This document shows positions 1 through 8,445 of a DNA stretch of 49,776 nucleotides, piece after piece (the first letter of the stretch is position 1; every line of letters begins with the position of its first letter). The position numbers and the translations under genes are program-made. The DNA is from Clostridia bacterium (GTDB taxonomy: Bacteria > Bacillota > Clostridia > Oscillospirales > CAG-272). Below the pieces are notes generated by a model. The model was not told the DNA's origin and made no database searches. It saw nothing but the letters and a program-made list of their open reading frames with translations. Location: positions 1 to 49,776 of the forward strand of contig JAFTOK010000169.1 of assembly GCA_017463815.1 (NCBI GenBank), written 5' to 3'.

Positions 1-35
1 GAAAAAGAAGATATACTTTCGGGCAAAACCAAAAG

Positions 36-148
36 CCTTCCCCAGTGGGGGAAGGTGGCAGCCGAAGGCTGACGGATGAGGTGTGCTGAACGCAAGGTTA
101 CTCCTCATCCACCGCTATCGCGGTCCCCCTTCTCCCACAGGAGAAGGC
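36..148. repeat. Nested-hairpin inverted-repeat element, short cargo-less copy with an alpha arm on the left and a beta arm on the right
   Basis: The left arm is CCTTCCCC-AGT-GGGGGAAGG, then GTGGCA, a GCC-GAA-GGC hairpin, and TGACGGATGAGG. The right arm is CCTCATCC, then ACCGC-TATC-GCGGT, CCCCC and TTCTCC-CAC-AGGAGAA. GGATGAGG and CCTCATCC can pair across a roughly 20-nt core. The 76..279 ORF is a translation of this repeat. Confidence 0.7.
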
Positions 149-169
149 TATCTATAATTCTCTGTAGGG

Positions 170-208
170 CAAACAAAAAGGACAGAAAGCATATACTCTC
201 TGTCCTTT
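170..208 (-). terminator. Rho-independent terminator downstream of the nucleotidyltransferase gene, possibly bidirectional
   Basis: The stem AAAGGACAGA (177-186) pairs with TCTGTCCTTT (199-208). On the minus strand it is followed by TTTTTGTTTG. Confidence 0.6.
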
Positions 209-298
209 TCCTGTCGGTAGGTAACGTATTCTATTTAATTCAAAAACTGTCCTTAAGAGTACGACACTTTTCATCGTGATTTTTTATTTATTAAAATA

Positions 299-1219
299 TC
301 AAACGCAGGCTACCGCTTCCCAAAGCTCTTTCGGGTAAACACCTGCGGCTTTCTGCGCGCGTATAAACTCGCGGAAAGGCTCGCTGTCTTCTATATACGT
401 CACGCCCTTCCACGTGGATGTGGTAGGAATAACGCGCACGTCGCATTTTCCGCTGTCTATAAGCATCTTCACCGTGGTGGGCACGAGAAGCTCGCACTTT
501 GAAAGGTCCTCTTTGTTCTTTTCCAAAAATTCCGCAAAAAGCGGCTTCATATAACCGAGAATAGACGGCGTAAAGCCAAAGCAGTTCATAGAAACCGTGG
601 CGCCCGAGGGTATTTCCGCCACTCTGCCGTCCTCGAACGTGTTCACGATTCTGCCGTCGGCAAGGCGTTCTATTTTCTTGTTTTCCTCTATAAAATCGAG
701 CATTCCCTGCCCATTCACTTTGCAAACCCCGCGCGAAACCGTGCCGTGCTCGCTCAGCGTTTGCTCAAGGTCATAGCCGAGCATACAGTAATGTGCCTTG
801 CCCGTGTCCTCTGCCGTTTCGAGGAAATCGTGCAGTTTTTTGAGCGTGTCGAAGCCATAGAAATCGTCTGCGTTGAGCACGCCGAAGTTTTCGCTCATTT
901 CCCCCAGGGAAAGTATGGCGTGCGTTGTACCCCACGGCTTTTTGCGCTCCGCAGGTACGGCATAACCGCCGCCTATTTCCTGCTTTTGGAAAGCATAGCC
1001 CACTTCAATGCCGCTTCTGCGCACGCGCGCGCCTATGGTGCTTTCAAAAAGCTCAAGGTTCTCTTCTTTTATAATAAAAATAATCTTATCAAAACCCGCA
1101 CGCACGGCGTCGTACACCGTAAAATCTATTATAAATTCCCCATCATCGGTAAGGGGGGTAAGCTGTTTTAAACCGCCGAATCTGCTGCCCATTCCCGCAG
1201 CCATAACAACGAGTGTCAC
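299..1219 (-). CDS. Sugar-phosphate nucleotidyltransferase family protein
   Basis: The N-terminal LVVMAAGMGSRFGG motif is the G-x-G-x-R signature of the NTP-transferase fold. The GTG start lies 8 nt after AAAGGAG. Confidence 0.8.
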   Translation of the reverse strand: MTLVVMAAGMGSRFGGLKQLTPLTDDGEFIIDFTVYDAVRAGFDKIIFIIKEENLELFESTIGARVRRSGIEVGYAFQKQEIGGGYAVPAERKKPWGTTHAILSLGEMSENFGVLNADDFYGFDTLKKLHDFLETAEDTGKAHYCMLGYDLEQTLSEHGTVSRGVCKVNGQGMLDFIEENKKIERLADGRIVNTFEDGRVAEIPSGATVSMNCFGFTPSILGYMKPLFAEFLEKNKEDLSKCELLVPTTVKMLIDSGKCDVRVIPTTSTWKGVTYIEDSEPFREFIRAQKAAGVYPKELWEAVACV

Positions 1220-1367
1220 AAAAACATCTCCTTTTCTTTGTTTTATAATATTATTTTACCATATTTTCACCGTTTTAACAACACAATGGCAAAATTTTAA
1301 GATAAATTTAATAATTGTACGCGGGGCGGCATATAAATTAAATAACTTTTCCCCTCGGAGGCATAAA

Positions 1368-1868
1368 ATGAAGCGTATTTTTTCGGTTTTTATAATATTT
1401 TGTGTGTTATTTTCCATTTCCGCTTGCGCGGAGAGCGCCAATATGAGCGAGCTTACCGCTTATCAGAACGGCGATTTTTGCGCGGAGGCAAGCATAGCCT
1501 TCTGCGATGAAAGCTACACCGCAGAAATAGAAAAACGCGGCGAAAGGCTCACGTTCCGTTTCAAAGAGCCCAAAAAGCTCGCCGCCTTCAGCTTTATTTT
1601 TACCAAAGAGAGCGCAAGCATAGCAACGGAAGGCATAGAAATCCCGCTTCAAAAAAGCGAGTTTTTAAAAATTTCGGAGCTTGCAAATCTGTTTTCCGTG
1701 CCCACAGAGGGCGCGTGGAAAATAAAACGTGCAAGCCCCGGCGGCGTGGACGTTTTCGTCTGCCAAAACGGAGATACCGTGCTCTACATAGACGCAAACT
1801 CATATTTGCCGCTTAAAATTTCCGTTCAGGGCGCCGTGGCGGATATTCTTTGCTTTACTAAGGAATGA
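1368..1868 (+). CDS. Hypothetical lipoprotein
   Basis: This is an internal ATG of ORF 1008..1868, preceded by GGAGG. The signal peptide MKRIFSVFIIFCVLFSISAC has a lipobox Cys. Confidence 0.7.
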   Translation: MKRIFSVFIIFCVLFSISACAESANMSELTAYQNGDFCAEASIAFCDESYTAEIEKRGERLTFRFKEPKKLAAFSFIFTKESASIATEGIEIPLQKSEFLKISELANLFSVPTEGAWKIKRASPGGVDVFVCQNGDTVLYIDANSYLPLKISVQGAVADILCFTKE

Positions 1869-1942
1869 TTTTTTACAAAAAACGCATAAGCAAAAAAACG
1901 CCCGCATAAAATTTCAACATAAAATTCATTTCGGAGGTTTTT

Positions 1943-2413
1943 ATGTTCATAACCACGTTACGCATAAACACGCTTAAACTCATAGGTATAACGGCGCTTT
2001 CCATACTCGTTGTAGCAGCGCTCGTCATTTTCGTTCCCGCATACGAAAGCACTTCTGCTTCAAACGGAATCAACTACGAAAAGGTTTATTCCAACAGCGA
2101 CAGAGTGGAGTTCATTTCGGGTTTCGGCTGGGAGGTGGCGCAAACACCCGTGGAAGAAGTTGAGGTTGCCATCCCCGCAGAGTTTGATACAGTTTACCTC
2201 GGCTACAACGAAATTCAGAAGGCACAGGGGCTCAACCTCGCCAAATACAAGGGCAAGGAGGTCGTGCGCTATACATACGAAATAACGAATTACGAGGGCT
2301 ACGAGGGCACGGTGTACGTAAACCTGCTCGTATACCGCAATAAAATCGTGGGCGGCGACGTTTGCTCTGCCGATGCCGCGGGGTTTATCCACGGTTTTGC
2401 AAAAAACGCCTAG
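1943..2413 (+). CDS. DUF4830-like membrane-anchored protein
   Basis: It has an N-terminal TM segment, then the ...FISGFGWEV...VYLGYNEIQKAQGLNL...Y..K pattern that I recognise as DUF4830. The RBS is GGAGG. Confidence 0.65.
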   Translation: MFITTLRINTLKLIGITALSILVVAALVIFVPAYESTSASNGINYEKVYSNSDRVEFISGFGWEVAQTPVEEVEVAIPAEFDTVYLGYNEIQKAQGLNLAKYKGKEVVRYTYEITNYEGYEGTVYVNLLVYRNKIVGGDVCSADAAGFIHGFAKNA

Positions 2414-4572
2414 AGTGATAAAAACAAACGTAGTCTTTCTATTTCCGCTTCTGCCTTTGCCTTTTCTCTTGCCGCCGCCTTACCCAGGTGCGCGGCAATT
2501 TTTTTGCGGTTTTTCAAAATTTCCCCCGCAGAGGCAACGAGGTCTTTCGCCCGCACTCCGCGAAAAATCGCACACCCGCGCAAACGGGCAGTGGCAAAAA
2601 ACGCCGCCGCTTTGGCATCGCGCGAAACGGCTATAACGGGGCACGCTTCCGCCACGGCAAAGACCGCGCCGTGCAGGCGCATAGAAAGCGTAAACTGCGC
2701 CCCTTTCGCAAGCGCACGGGCACGCGGGGCATCACGCACGCTCGCCTCATATCGCGTCCAAGGCAGACGAGCGGCAAATTTGCGGCATATTTTTTCATCC
2801 TCACGCCCGTGGAGTGCTGCAAAAACGGGGATAAGCCCATATTGCCGCCTCATCGCGCAGAAAAAGCGCAGAAGCTCCCCTTCCTCACGGGCGCTCACCT
2901 CTTTCGGGAACACGGCGTAGTATTTTTCGCCCAAAAACAGCGCTTTTTCCGCCCTTTCTCCCGCAAAAACAAGGTCGCCCGAAAGAAATACATCCTCGCT
3001 CTCTGTAAGCCATACGGCAAGCTCGCGCGAAAAATCTTCACGCATAGAAATATAATCCGCCGCAGAGAGCGCTTTTTTCACACGCGTCAGATTTTTTCGG
3101 TGCAAAAGCGGGCCAATGCCATTTGCCGAAAGCGCCACACGGCACCCGTGCGCGCGGGCAAGTCGGGCAACAGCCGCGTAATACAGGAGCGATGCCGTGC
3201 TGGTTCTATCCTGAAAAATGTTCCCGCCGCCGAAGATGAGCACATCTGCCCGCGCCATAGCTTTTCCCACAGCCGCGGGCGAAAAACGCGGCACGGCGAG
3301 GGTGTCCCGCCGTTTTGCCGTATCGTCGGGGCGAGTGCTCATAACGCAAATCTCGCCCACGGCTTCGCTCCCCGCAAGCGCACGGCAAAGCACCGAAAGC
3401 ATAGCTTCGTCGCCCACGTTGCCGTAGCCGTAGTAGCCGCATAGGAGCACGCGTTTTCCGCGCGTGGCAAGCAACTTCGCATAGTTCTTTTCGTAAATAG
3501 CCGCCATTTTCCGCACGGAATAGTGCTCGCAAACAAAAGCTCTGCCATATTCTGCGGCGGCTTTTCGTTCGCTTTCGCTAAGTGAGAGCGCGTGCAAAAC
3601 GGCGGTTTTCACGTTTTCCGCCGTGGTGGGGGCAAAACCGCGGCAGCAGAAGTTGGTGCGCCGCGCCGCCTCCGCCACTTCCGCGCCGAAAAGACCGAGC
3701 GTGCCCGCGTTTCCAGCCACCACCGTGGGCTTACCGCACGCAAGCGCCTCCATAGCGGAGCGCGATGGCGCTACGAAAACGTCGCACGCGGCAATGTATG
3801 CCTCCGCCCGCGAGGTTCCGCCGGGCAAAAGCACGATTTCTTCGCCTAAGCGTGAGTTTACCTCCCGCGCCCGCGCAGAAAGCTCCGCGCGCTTTTCCCC
3901 CTCGCCCACAAGCACTATTTTTATATCGCGGTGTTCGCAAAACAGCGCCTCCGCGCTTTCCAAAAGCGCTTTTGCCGGCAAAAAACTGTCGTGCGAGAGC
4001 CTACCGAGGTACATTACCACCCTTTTCCCCGCCAAACCGAGGTGTGCGCGCACTTCTTCCCCCGAAACATCGGGGCAAAAACGCGCCGTGTCTATGCCGT
4101 TCGGCACGAGGGTTATACGCTCGCGAGGATAGGCGTATTCGCGCGCGAGCTTTTCCGCTATATCCTCGCTCACGGCGAAAATATGCTCGCCCCAATCCAT
4201 AACGCGTGCGCACGCACACTCCGCGTCGTACACCCCGTGCGCCGTGGTGACGAACACAAAGCCAAAACGCCTTTTCAAAAGCGAGGCTATAACCGCAGGT
4301 ATGCGCGCGTGCGCGTGAACAATATCAAACCGCTCCCGCTCGCAAAGCCGCGAAAGAACGGCGAGCGATTTTGCCACGTGCGCGGGGTTTTTGCTGTGGA
4401 GCGGCGCAAAAATATGGCGCACCCCGCCCCTCTCAAGCTCGCCAACAAATGTGCCGCCGTTCGACGCCACGAAAACCGTGTGCCCGAGGCGCGCAAGCCC
4501 GCGCGAAAGCTCCAGCACGTGCGTTTCCGCCCCGCCAAGCCCCATAGACATAGCAAGCATAAGTATTTTCAT
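2410..4572 (-). CDS. Fusion protein: GT4 glycosyltransferase (N-terminal) plus polysaccharide pyruvyl transferase CsaB-like domain (C-terminal)
   Basis: The N-terminus MKILMLAMSMGLGGAETHVLEL is typical of GT4. The C-terminal half RVLLCGYYGYGNVGDEAMLSVL...GGGNIFQD is typical of CsaB pyruvyl transferases. I chose the ATG at 4572, 5 nt after GGAGGG. Confidence 0.75.
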   Translation of the reverse strand: MKILMLAMSMGLGGAETHVLELSRGLARLGHTVFVASNGGTFVGELERGGVRHIFAPLHSKNPAHVAKSLAVLSRLCERERFDIVHAHARIPAVIASLLKRRFGFVFVTTAHGVYDAECACARVMDWGEHIFAVSEDIAEKLAREYAYPRERITLVPNGIDTARFCPDVSGEEVRAHLGLAGKRVVMYLGRLSHDSFLPAKALLESAEALFCEHRDIKIVLVGEGEKRAELSARAREVNSRLGEEIVLLPGGTSRAEAYIAACDVFVAPSRSAMEALACGKPTVVAGNAGTLGLFGAEVAEAARRTNFCCRGFAPTTAENVKTAVLHALSLSESERKAAAEYGRAFVCEHYSVRKMAAIYEKNYAKLLATRGKRVLLCGYYGYGNVGDEAMLSVLCRALAGSEAVGEICVMSTRPDDTAKRRDTLAVPRFSPAAVGKAMARADVLIFGGGNIFQDRTSTASLLYYAAVARLARAHGCRVALSANGIGPLLHRKNLTRVKKALSAADYISMREDFSRELAVWLTESEDVFLSGDLVFAGERAEKALFLGEKYYAVFPKEVSAREEGELLRFFCAMRRQYGLIPVFAALHGREDEKICRKFAARLPWTRYEASVRDAPRARALAKGAQFTLSMRLHGAVFAVAEACPVIAVSRDAKAAAFFATARLRGCAIFRGVRAKDLVASAGEILKNRKKIAAHLGKAAAREKAKAEAEIERLRLFLSL

Positions 4573-4636
4573 ACGCCCTCCCACAATATTTCGCATTTTG
4601 TAGTGCCCTGTTTCGAGAAAAAATTGATGTTTCTAA

Positions 4637-4825
4637 GCCTCCATCTTTGAGGGAGGGGGACCGCACGAGGTTCTCAAATAATGCGAAGCATTGTTTGGGG
4701 TTCTCGGGGTGCGGTGGAAGGAGTTACCAAAGCTAAACAAATTTATTTTTGCAAAAATTCAAGTGCACGCCCACTCCTTCAGTCTTCGCCTTTAGGGCGA
4801 ATCCAACTCCCTCCCGGAGGGAGCC
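4637..4825. repeat. Nested-hairpin inverted-repeat element, short copy in the opposite orientation (beta-like arm on the left, alpha-like arm on the right)
   Basis: The left arm is CCTCC..GGGAGG, GGGGA, then ACCGCAC...GTGCGGT enclosing an extra AATGC-GAA-GCATT hairpin, then GGAAGGAG. The core contains the palindrome ATTTTTGCAAAAAT. The right arm is CTCCTTC, TTCGCC-TTTA-GGGCGAA and CTCCCT-CCGG-AGGGAG. Confidence 0.6.
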
Positions 4826-4841
4826 AACGTCCCAATAAAAC

Positions 4842-4877
4842 AAAAAAACTTCGCCGTTAGTTTTGCCAACGGCGAAG
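4842..4877 (-). terminator. Rho-independent terminator after the transketolase operon
   Basis: The stem CTTCGCCGTT (4849-4858) pairs with AACGGCGAAG (4868-4877). On the minus strand it is followed by a run of seven T. Confidence 0.7.
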
Positions 4878-4892
4878 AAAATTATGCTTTAA

Positions 4893-5834
4893 TTATTTTT
4901 TAAGGGCAATAGCTTTTTTAGCGTTTGCAACGATGTTTTCCGTTGTAAGACCGTATTCGTTAAGGAGTTCGGGCACTTTGCCGCTCATACCGAATCTGTC
5001 TTCCACGCCAACGCGAACAACGGGAACGGGGCAAGTTTCTGCGAGAGCTTCGCAAACCGCGCCGCCGAGGCCGCCGATAATATTGTGTTCTTCCGCCGTT
5101 ACAACAGCGCCTGTCTTAGCCGCGGAAGCCGCGATGATGTCTTTATCGAGGGGTTTGATTGTATGGATATTGATTACCTCTGCGGAAATGCCCTCTGCTT
5201 TGAGCACTTCAGCCGCTTCGAGAGCGAGGTGAACCATAAGGCCCGTAGCAACGATTGTTACGTCTGTACCTTCAGCGAGTTTCACGCCTTTGCCGAGCTC
5301 GAATTTGTAGCCTTCGGGGCAAACGTTCGGAACAGCCGCTCTGCCGAAACGGAGGTAGAAGGGGCCGTACGTTGTGATAGCCGCTTCAACAGCCGCCGCA
5401 GCTTCTATAGCGTCTGCGGGGTTAACGATTGTCATACCGGGAATGGTGCGCATAAGAGCGATATCTTCGTTGCACTGGTGTGTCGCACCGTCTTCACCAA
5501 CGGAAATACCTGCGTGTGTCGCACCGATTTTTACGTTGAGGTGGGGGTAGCCAACGGAGTTTCTGATTTGCTCAAAAGCTCTGCCTGCCGCGAACATAGC
5601 GAAGGAGGAAGCAAAAACTGTTTTGCCCGCTGCCGCAAGACCTGCCGCAACGCCTACCATATTGCCTTCCGCGATACCGCAATCGAAAAATCTTTCGGGG
5701 AATTTCTTTTTGAATGTGCCTGTTTTCGTAGCCGCCGCAAGGTCCGCGTCGAGCACAACGAAATCTGTGTATTTTTCACCGAGAGCAGCGAGGGCGTTGC
5801 CGTACGCTTCTCTTGTTGCAATTTTATCTGCCAT
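4893..5834 (-). CDS. Transketolase, C-terminal (pyrimidine-binding) subunit
   Basis: MADKIATREAYGNALAALG...GIAEGNMVGVAAGLA is typical of the split transketolase B subunit. The ATG at 5834 lies 10 nt after AGGAG. The track start at 5843 is a GTG that abuts the RBS. Confidence 0.9.
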   Translation of the reverse strand: MADKIATREAYGNALAALGEKYTDFVVLDADLAAATKTGTFKKKFPERFFDCGIAEGNMVGVAAGLAAAGKTVFASSFAMFAAGRAFEQIRNSVGYPHLNVKIGATHAGISVGEDGATHQCNEDIALMRTIPGMTIVNPADAIEAAAAVEAAITTYGPFYLRFGRAAVPNVCPEGYKFELGKGVKLAEGTDVTIVATGLMVHLALEAAEVLKAEGISAEVINIHTIKPLDKDIIAASAAKTGAVVTAEEHNIIGGLGGAVCEALAETCPVPVVRVGVEDRFGMSGKVPELLNEYGLTTENIVANAKKAIALKK

Positions 5835-5854
5835 ATTATTCACACTCCTCTTTC

Positions 5855-6682
5855 TTAAGCGTTAGCTTTGAGCTCTGCAACGGCCTGTTCATACTGGTCG
5901 TCTTTGGGTGCGGAGCCGTGCCAGCTTACCTGGTTTTCCATATAGGAAACGCCTTTGCCTTTTACGCATTTTGCGATAATGGCGGTGGGTTTGCCCTTAA
6001 CTTCGCGCGCATTTGCGAGAGCTGCTTCGATTTCATCGAAGTTGTGGCCGTCGATTACGCAAACGTTCCAGCCGAACGCCGCGAATTTTTCGTCGAGCGG
6101 AGTGGGGTTCATAACTTCCGTTACTTTACCGTCAATCTGCAAGCCGTTGAAGTCTACAATCGCAACGAGGTTGTCGAGCTTGTAGTGTGCGCCGAACATA
6201 GCGGCTTCCCAAATCTGACCTTCTTCGCTTTCGCCGTCGCCGAGGATTGCGTAAACACGGTAATCCTTGCCGTCGATTTTGCCTGCGAGAGCCGTGCCGC
6301 AAGCGGCGGAGAAGCCCTGACCGAGAGAACCTGTGGACATATCAACACCGGGGATATGCTTCATATCGGGGTGGCCCTGAAGGATAGAGCCGAATTTACG
6401 AAGTGTGCCGAGAAGTTCTTTATCAAAATAGCCTTTTTCAGCGAGAGCCGCATAGAGCGCGGGGGCTGTGTGACCTTTGGAAAGAACGAGTCTGTCGCGG
6501 TCTGCATTTTTGGGGTCTGCGGGGTTTACGTTCATTTCCGCAAAATAGAGATATGCGAGGATATCTGCAATAGCGAGAGAGCCGCCCGGGTGACCGGAAG
6601 CCGCCGCGTGAATACCCTCAAGAGCGCCGAGTCTGATATTGAGTGCTTTTTCTTTTAACATTTCGAGTTTTGTTGTTTCCAC
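5855..6682 (-). CDS. Transketolase, N-terminal (TPP-binding) subunit
   Basis: It carries the ...ASGHPGGSLAIADIL...GDGESEEGQIWEA... thiamine-diphosphate motifs. The start is a GTG after GGAGGTG. Confidence 0.9.
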   Translation of the reverse strand: METTKLEMLKEKALNIRLGALEGIHAAASGHPGGSLAIADILAYLYFAEMNVNPADPKNADRDRLVLSKGHTAPALYAALAEKGYFDKELLGTLRKFGSILQGHPDMKHIPGVDMSTGSLGQGFSAACGTALAGKIDGKDYRVYAILGDGESEEGQIWEAAMFGAHYKLDNLVAIVDFNGLQIDGKVTEVMNPTPLDEKFAAFGWNVCVIDGHNFDEIEAALANAREVKGKPTAIIAKCVKGKGVSYMENQVSWHGSAPKDDQYEQAVAELKANA

Positions 6683-6759
6683 GAAATATTCACCTCCGAA
6701 TTTTACTTTGCGAGGACATTCCCCCGCAAAAGCGATTTAAAATCGTCTTTCTATTTAAA

Positions 6760-6788
6760 ATTATACAATTTTTTCGCCGTAATGTCAA
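6760..6788 (-). promoter_or_regulatory. Consensus sigma-A-type promoter for the transketolase operon
   Basis: The minus strand reads TTGACA, a 17-nt spacer (ttacggcgaaaaaattg), then TATAAT. Confidence 0.6.
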
Positions 6789-6809
6789 TATAACACGGCA
6801 ATTTAGCGA

Positions 6810-6846
6810 AAAAGAAAAACACCGAAAGCGGTTTTCGGTGTTTTTG
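6810..6846. terminator. Bidirectional rho-independent terminator that ends the lipoprotein module
   Basis: The stem ACACCGAAA (6819-6827) pairs with TTTCGGTGT (6833-6841). An A-run lies upstream and a T-run downstream. Confidence 0.65.
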
Positions 6847-6906
6847 CAGAGGCAAATGATATTTTCCGTAGACATTTGTAGGGGCGACGTCCCGCGCTCC
6901 CCGCCC

Positions 6907-7563
6907 CTATCTTGTTCCAAACATTTTATCGAGTTCGGCCACAGCGCTCTCTGCCGTTTCCGCAGAAAGCAAGCGGCTTATAAATGTGTCCTTTCCCTCT
7001 GTGGGGTAGCCCGAACAGCTGATTGTAACACACATATCACCGTAAATCTTTTCAATATAGGTGAGTTTTCCGCCCATATAACTGTATCTTGCCCCACCAA
7101 CCATAATGTACGCGCGTTCGGGCAGATTTTCGAGCGCAGAAAGGTTTTGCGCGTTTTCGGGCATTTCCACGGATACATAGCCGTATTTATCCTCTTCTGG
7201 TGTGTAGTAATGCTCCACGCAAAGAATAAAGGCATATTCCCTTTCATCTGTCAAGCCGTATGAATATTCGTCGAGAGATACCGTGGTTTCGCCTAATACG
7301 CCCCCATTGAACATATCGAACTTTCCAAGCTCGGCAATCTCCTCGTATTTCACGAAACTATCGAAAAGCTCCGTATTTTTGCAAAATTTCTTGTATGAGG
7401 AATAATCGTTTATCGAAAGCGTAACGGGGTCTACAATAATACCTTCCGGCGAGGTGTAATCGGGGGTGTTCGTCAAAACCGTATAGGCATAATTTTCCCC
7501 GCCGCACGACACGGCGCATAGCAAAACCGCAATTATTAAAAACATCGGTATAATTTTTTTCAT
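6907..7563 (-). CDS. Hypothetical lipoprotein
   Basis: The signal peptide MKKIIPMFLIIAVLLCAVSCG has a lipobox. The ATG at 7563 lies 7 nt after GAGG. I recognise no domain. Confidence 0.65.
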   Translation of the reverse strand: MKKIIPMFLIIAVLLCAVSCGGENYAYTVLTNTPDYTSPEGIIVDPVTLSINDYSSYKKFCKNTELFDSFVKYEEIAELGKFDMFNGGVLGETTVSLDEYSYGLTDEREYAFILCVEHYYTPEEDKYGYVSVEMPENAQNLSALENLPERAYIMVGGARYSYMGGKLTYIEKIYGDMCVTISCSGYPTEGKDTFISRLLSAETAESAVAELDKMFGTR

Positions 7564-7580
7564 TTCCAAACCTCACAAAA

Positions 7581-8231
7581 TCACGCAAAGCTAAGTTCAG
7601 CAAAAAAATCTTCGCCAAGATATTCTGCGTTTGCCCTTATAATAACAAGCATATCTTCATAAATCAAAAACACGTATATTTGCTCGCTGTCGCTCATTTC
7701 GCACACCAAAGCGGAAATTTGATTTTCGGAAACGTTTATTTCCTTTTCATATACGTTTTTGTAATTTTCGTAAGATTTAAAATTGTCAATATTCGGTGCG
7801 TCGGGCGCGATTTTCTTTATAAATTCCGAAGCAGAGAGCCCTTTCGCCTCGTCGCCGTTCAAATACGTCGTCCGAATAATCACCTCGCCGCCACTGTTTA
7901 TGCAATAGAACCAAATCCACGGTCTGCCGTAAAGCTCGCTTTCAAGTAAGGTTATGTTACTATACCCCTCGCCGCGATTGCGCAGAGCAAGCGGTTCGCC
8001 GCTTAAATACGGGATTTTCAGCTTTGAAGTATCTTTCGCCATTTCAGAAATGAAGCCCGCAAACTCGCCCTCGTGCTTTTTCGCTTCTTCCTCTGTGAAG
8101 AAAGCGCGCAGTTCCTCTGCGTTTTCAAAGTCGTATGAATTATTTTCGGGCGGAGGACATATGGTGGGCTCACAAGCAGATATACCGAACACAAGCGCCA
8201 AAAACACGATTAAAGCTATTATCCTTTTCAT
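7581..8231 (-). CDS. Hypothetical lipoprotein
   Basis: The signal peptide MKRIIALIVFLALVFGISAC has a lipobox. The ATG at 8231 lies 7 nt after GGAGAG. I recognise no domain. Confidence 0.65.
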   Translation of the reverse strand: MKRIIALIVFLALVFGISACEPTICPPPENNSYDFENAEELRAFFTEEEAKKHEGEFAGFISEMAKDTSKLKIPYLSGEPLALRNRGEGYSNITLLESELYGRPWIWFYCINSGGEVIIRTTYLNGDEAKGLSASEFIKKIAPDAPNIDNFKSYENYKNVYEKEINVSENQISALVCEMSDSEQIYVFLIYEDMLVIIRANAEYLGEDFFAELSFA

Positions 8232-8253
8232 AAACATTCTCTCCTTTGTTTAC

Positions 8254-8282
8254 ATTATAGCATTTACGGCATTGAATGTCAA
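8254..8282 (-). promoter_or_regulatory. Consensus sigma-A-type promoter for the two-lipoprotein module
   Basis: The minus strand reads TTGACA, a 17-nt spacer (ttcaatgccgtaaatgc), then TATAAT. Confidence 0.6.
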
Positions 8283-8445
8283 CAGCACCGTTTTTATGGG
8301 ACGTCGATGGCGGCCGCCCTACAAAAATATAGGCGCACAAAATGCGCGAAAACGGACATTTTTTTGTAAAATATATAAAATTTCGTAATTCACCCCTTTG
8401 GTCGCTCCGAATACACGGAAATATCAGCCAAATTTTGATACAAAG

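Noticed and set aside
76-279. A 67-aa ORF, together with ORFs 8170..8571 (-), 8398..8628 (+) and 45184..45366 (-), which overlap repeat elements.
   Set aside because: These are translations of the nested-hairpin and TIR repeats (peptides such as PLEGKLSRKRLMRCL). They have no RBS and span intergenic hairpins.
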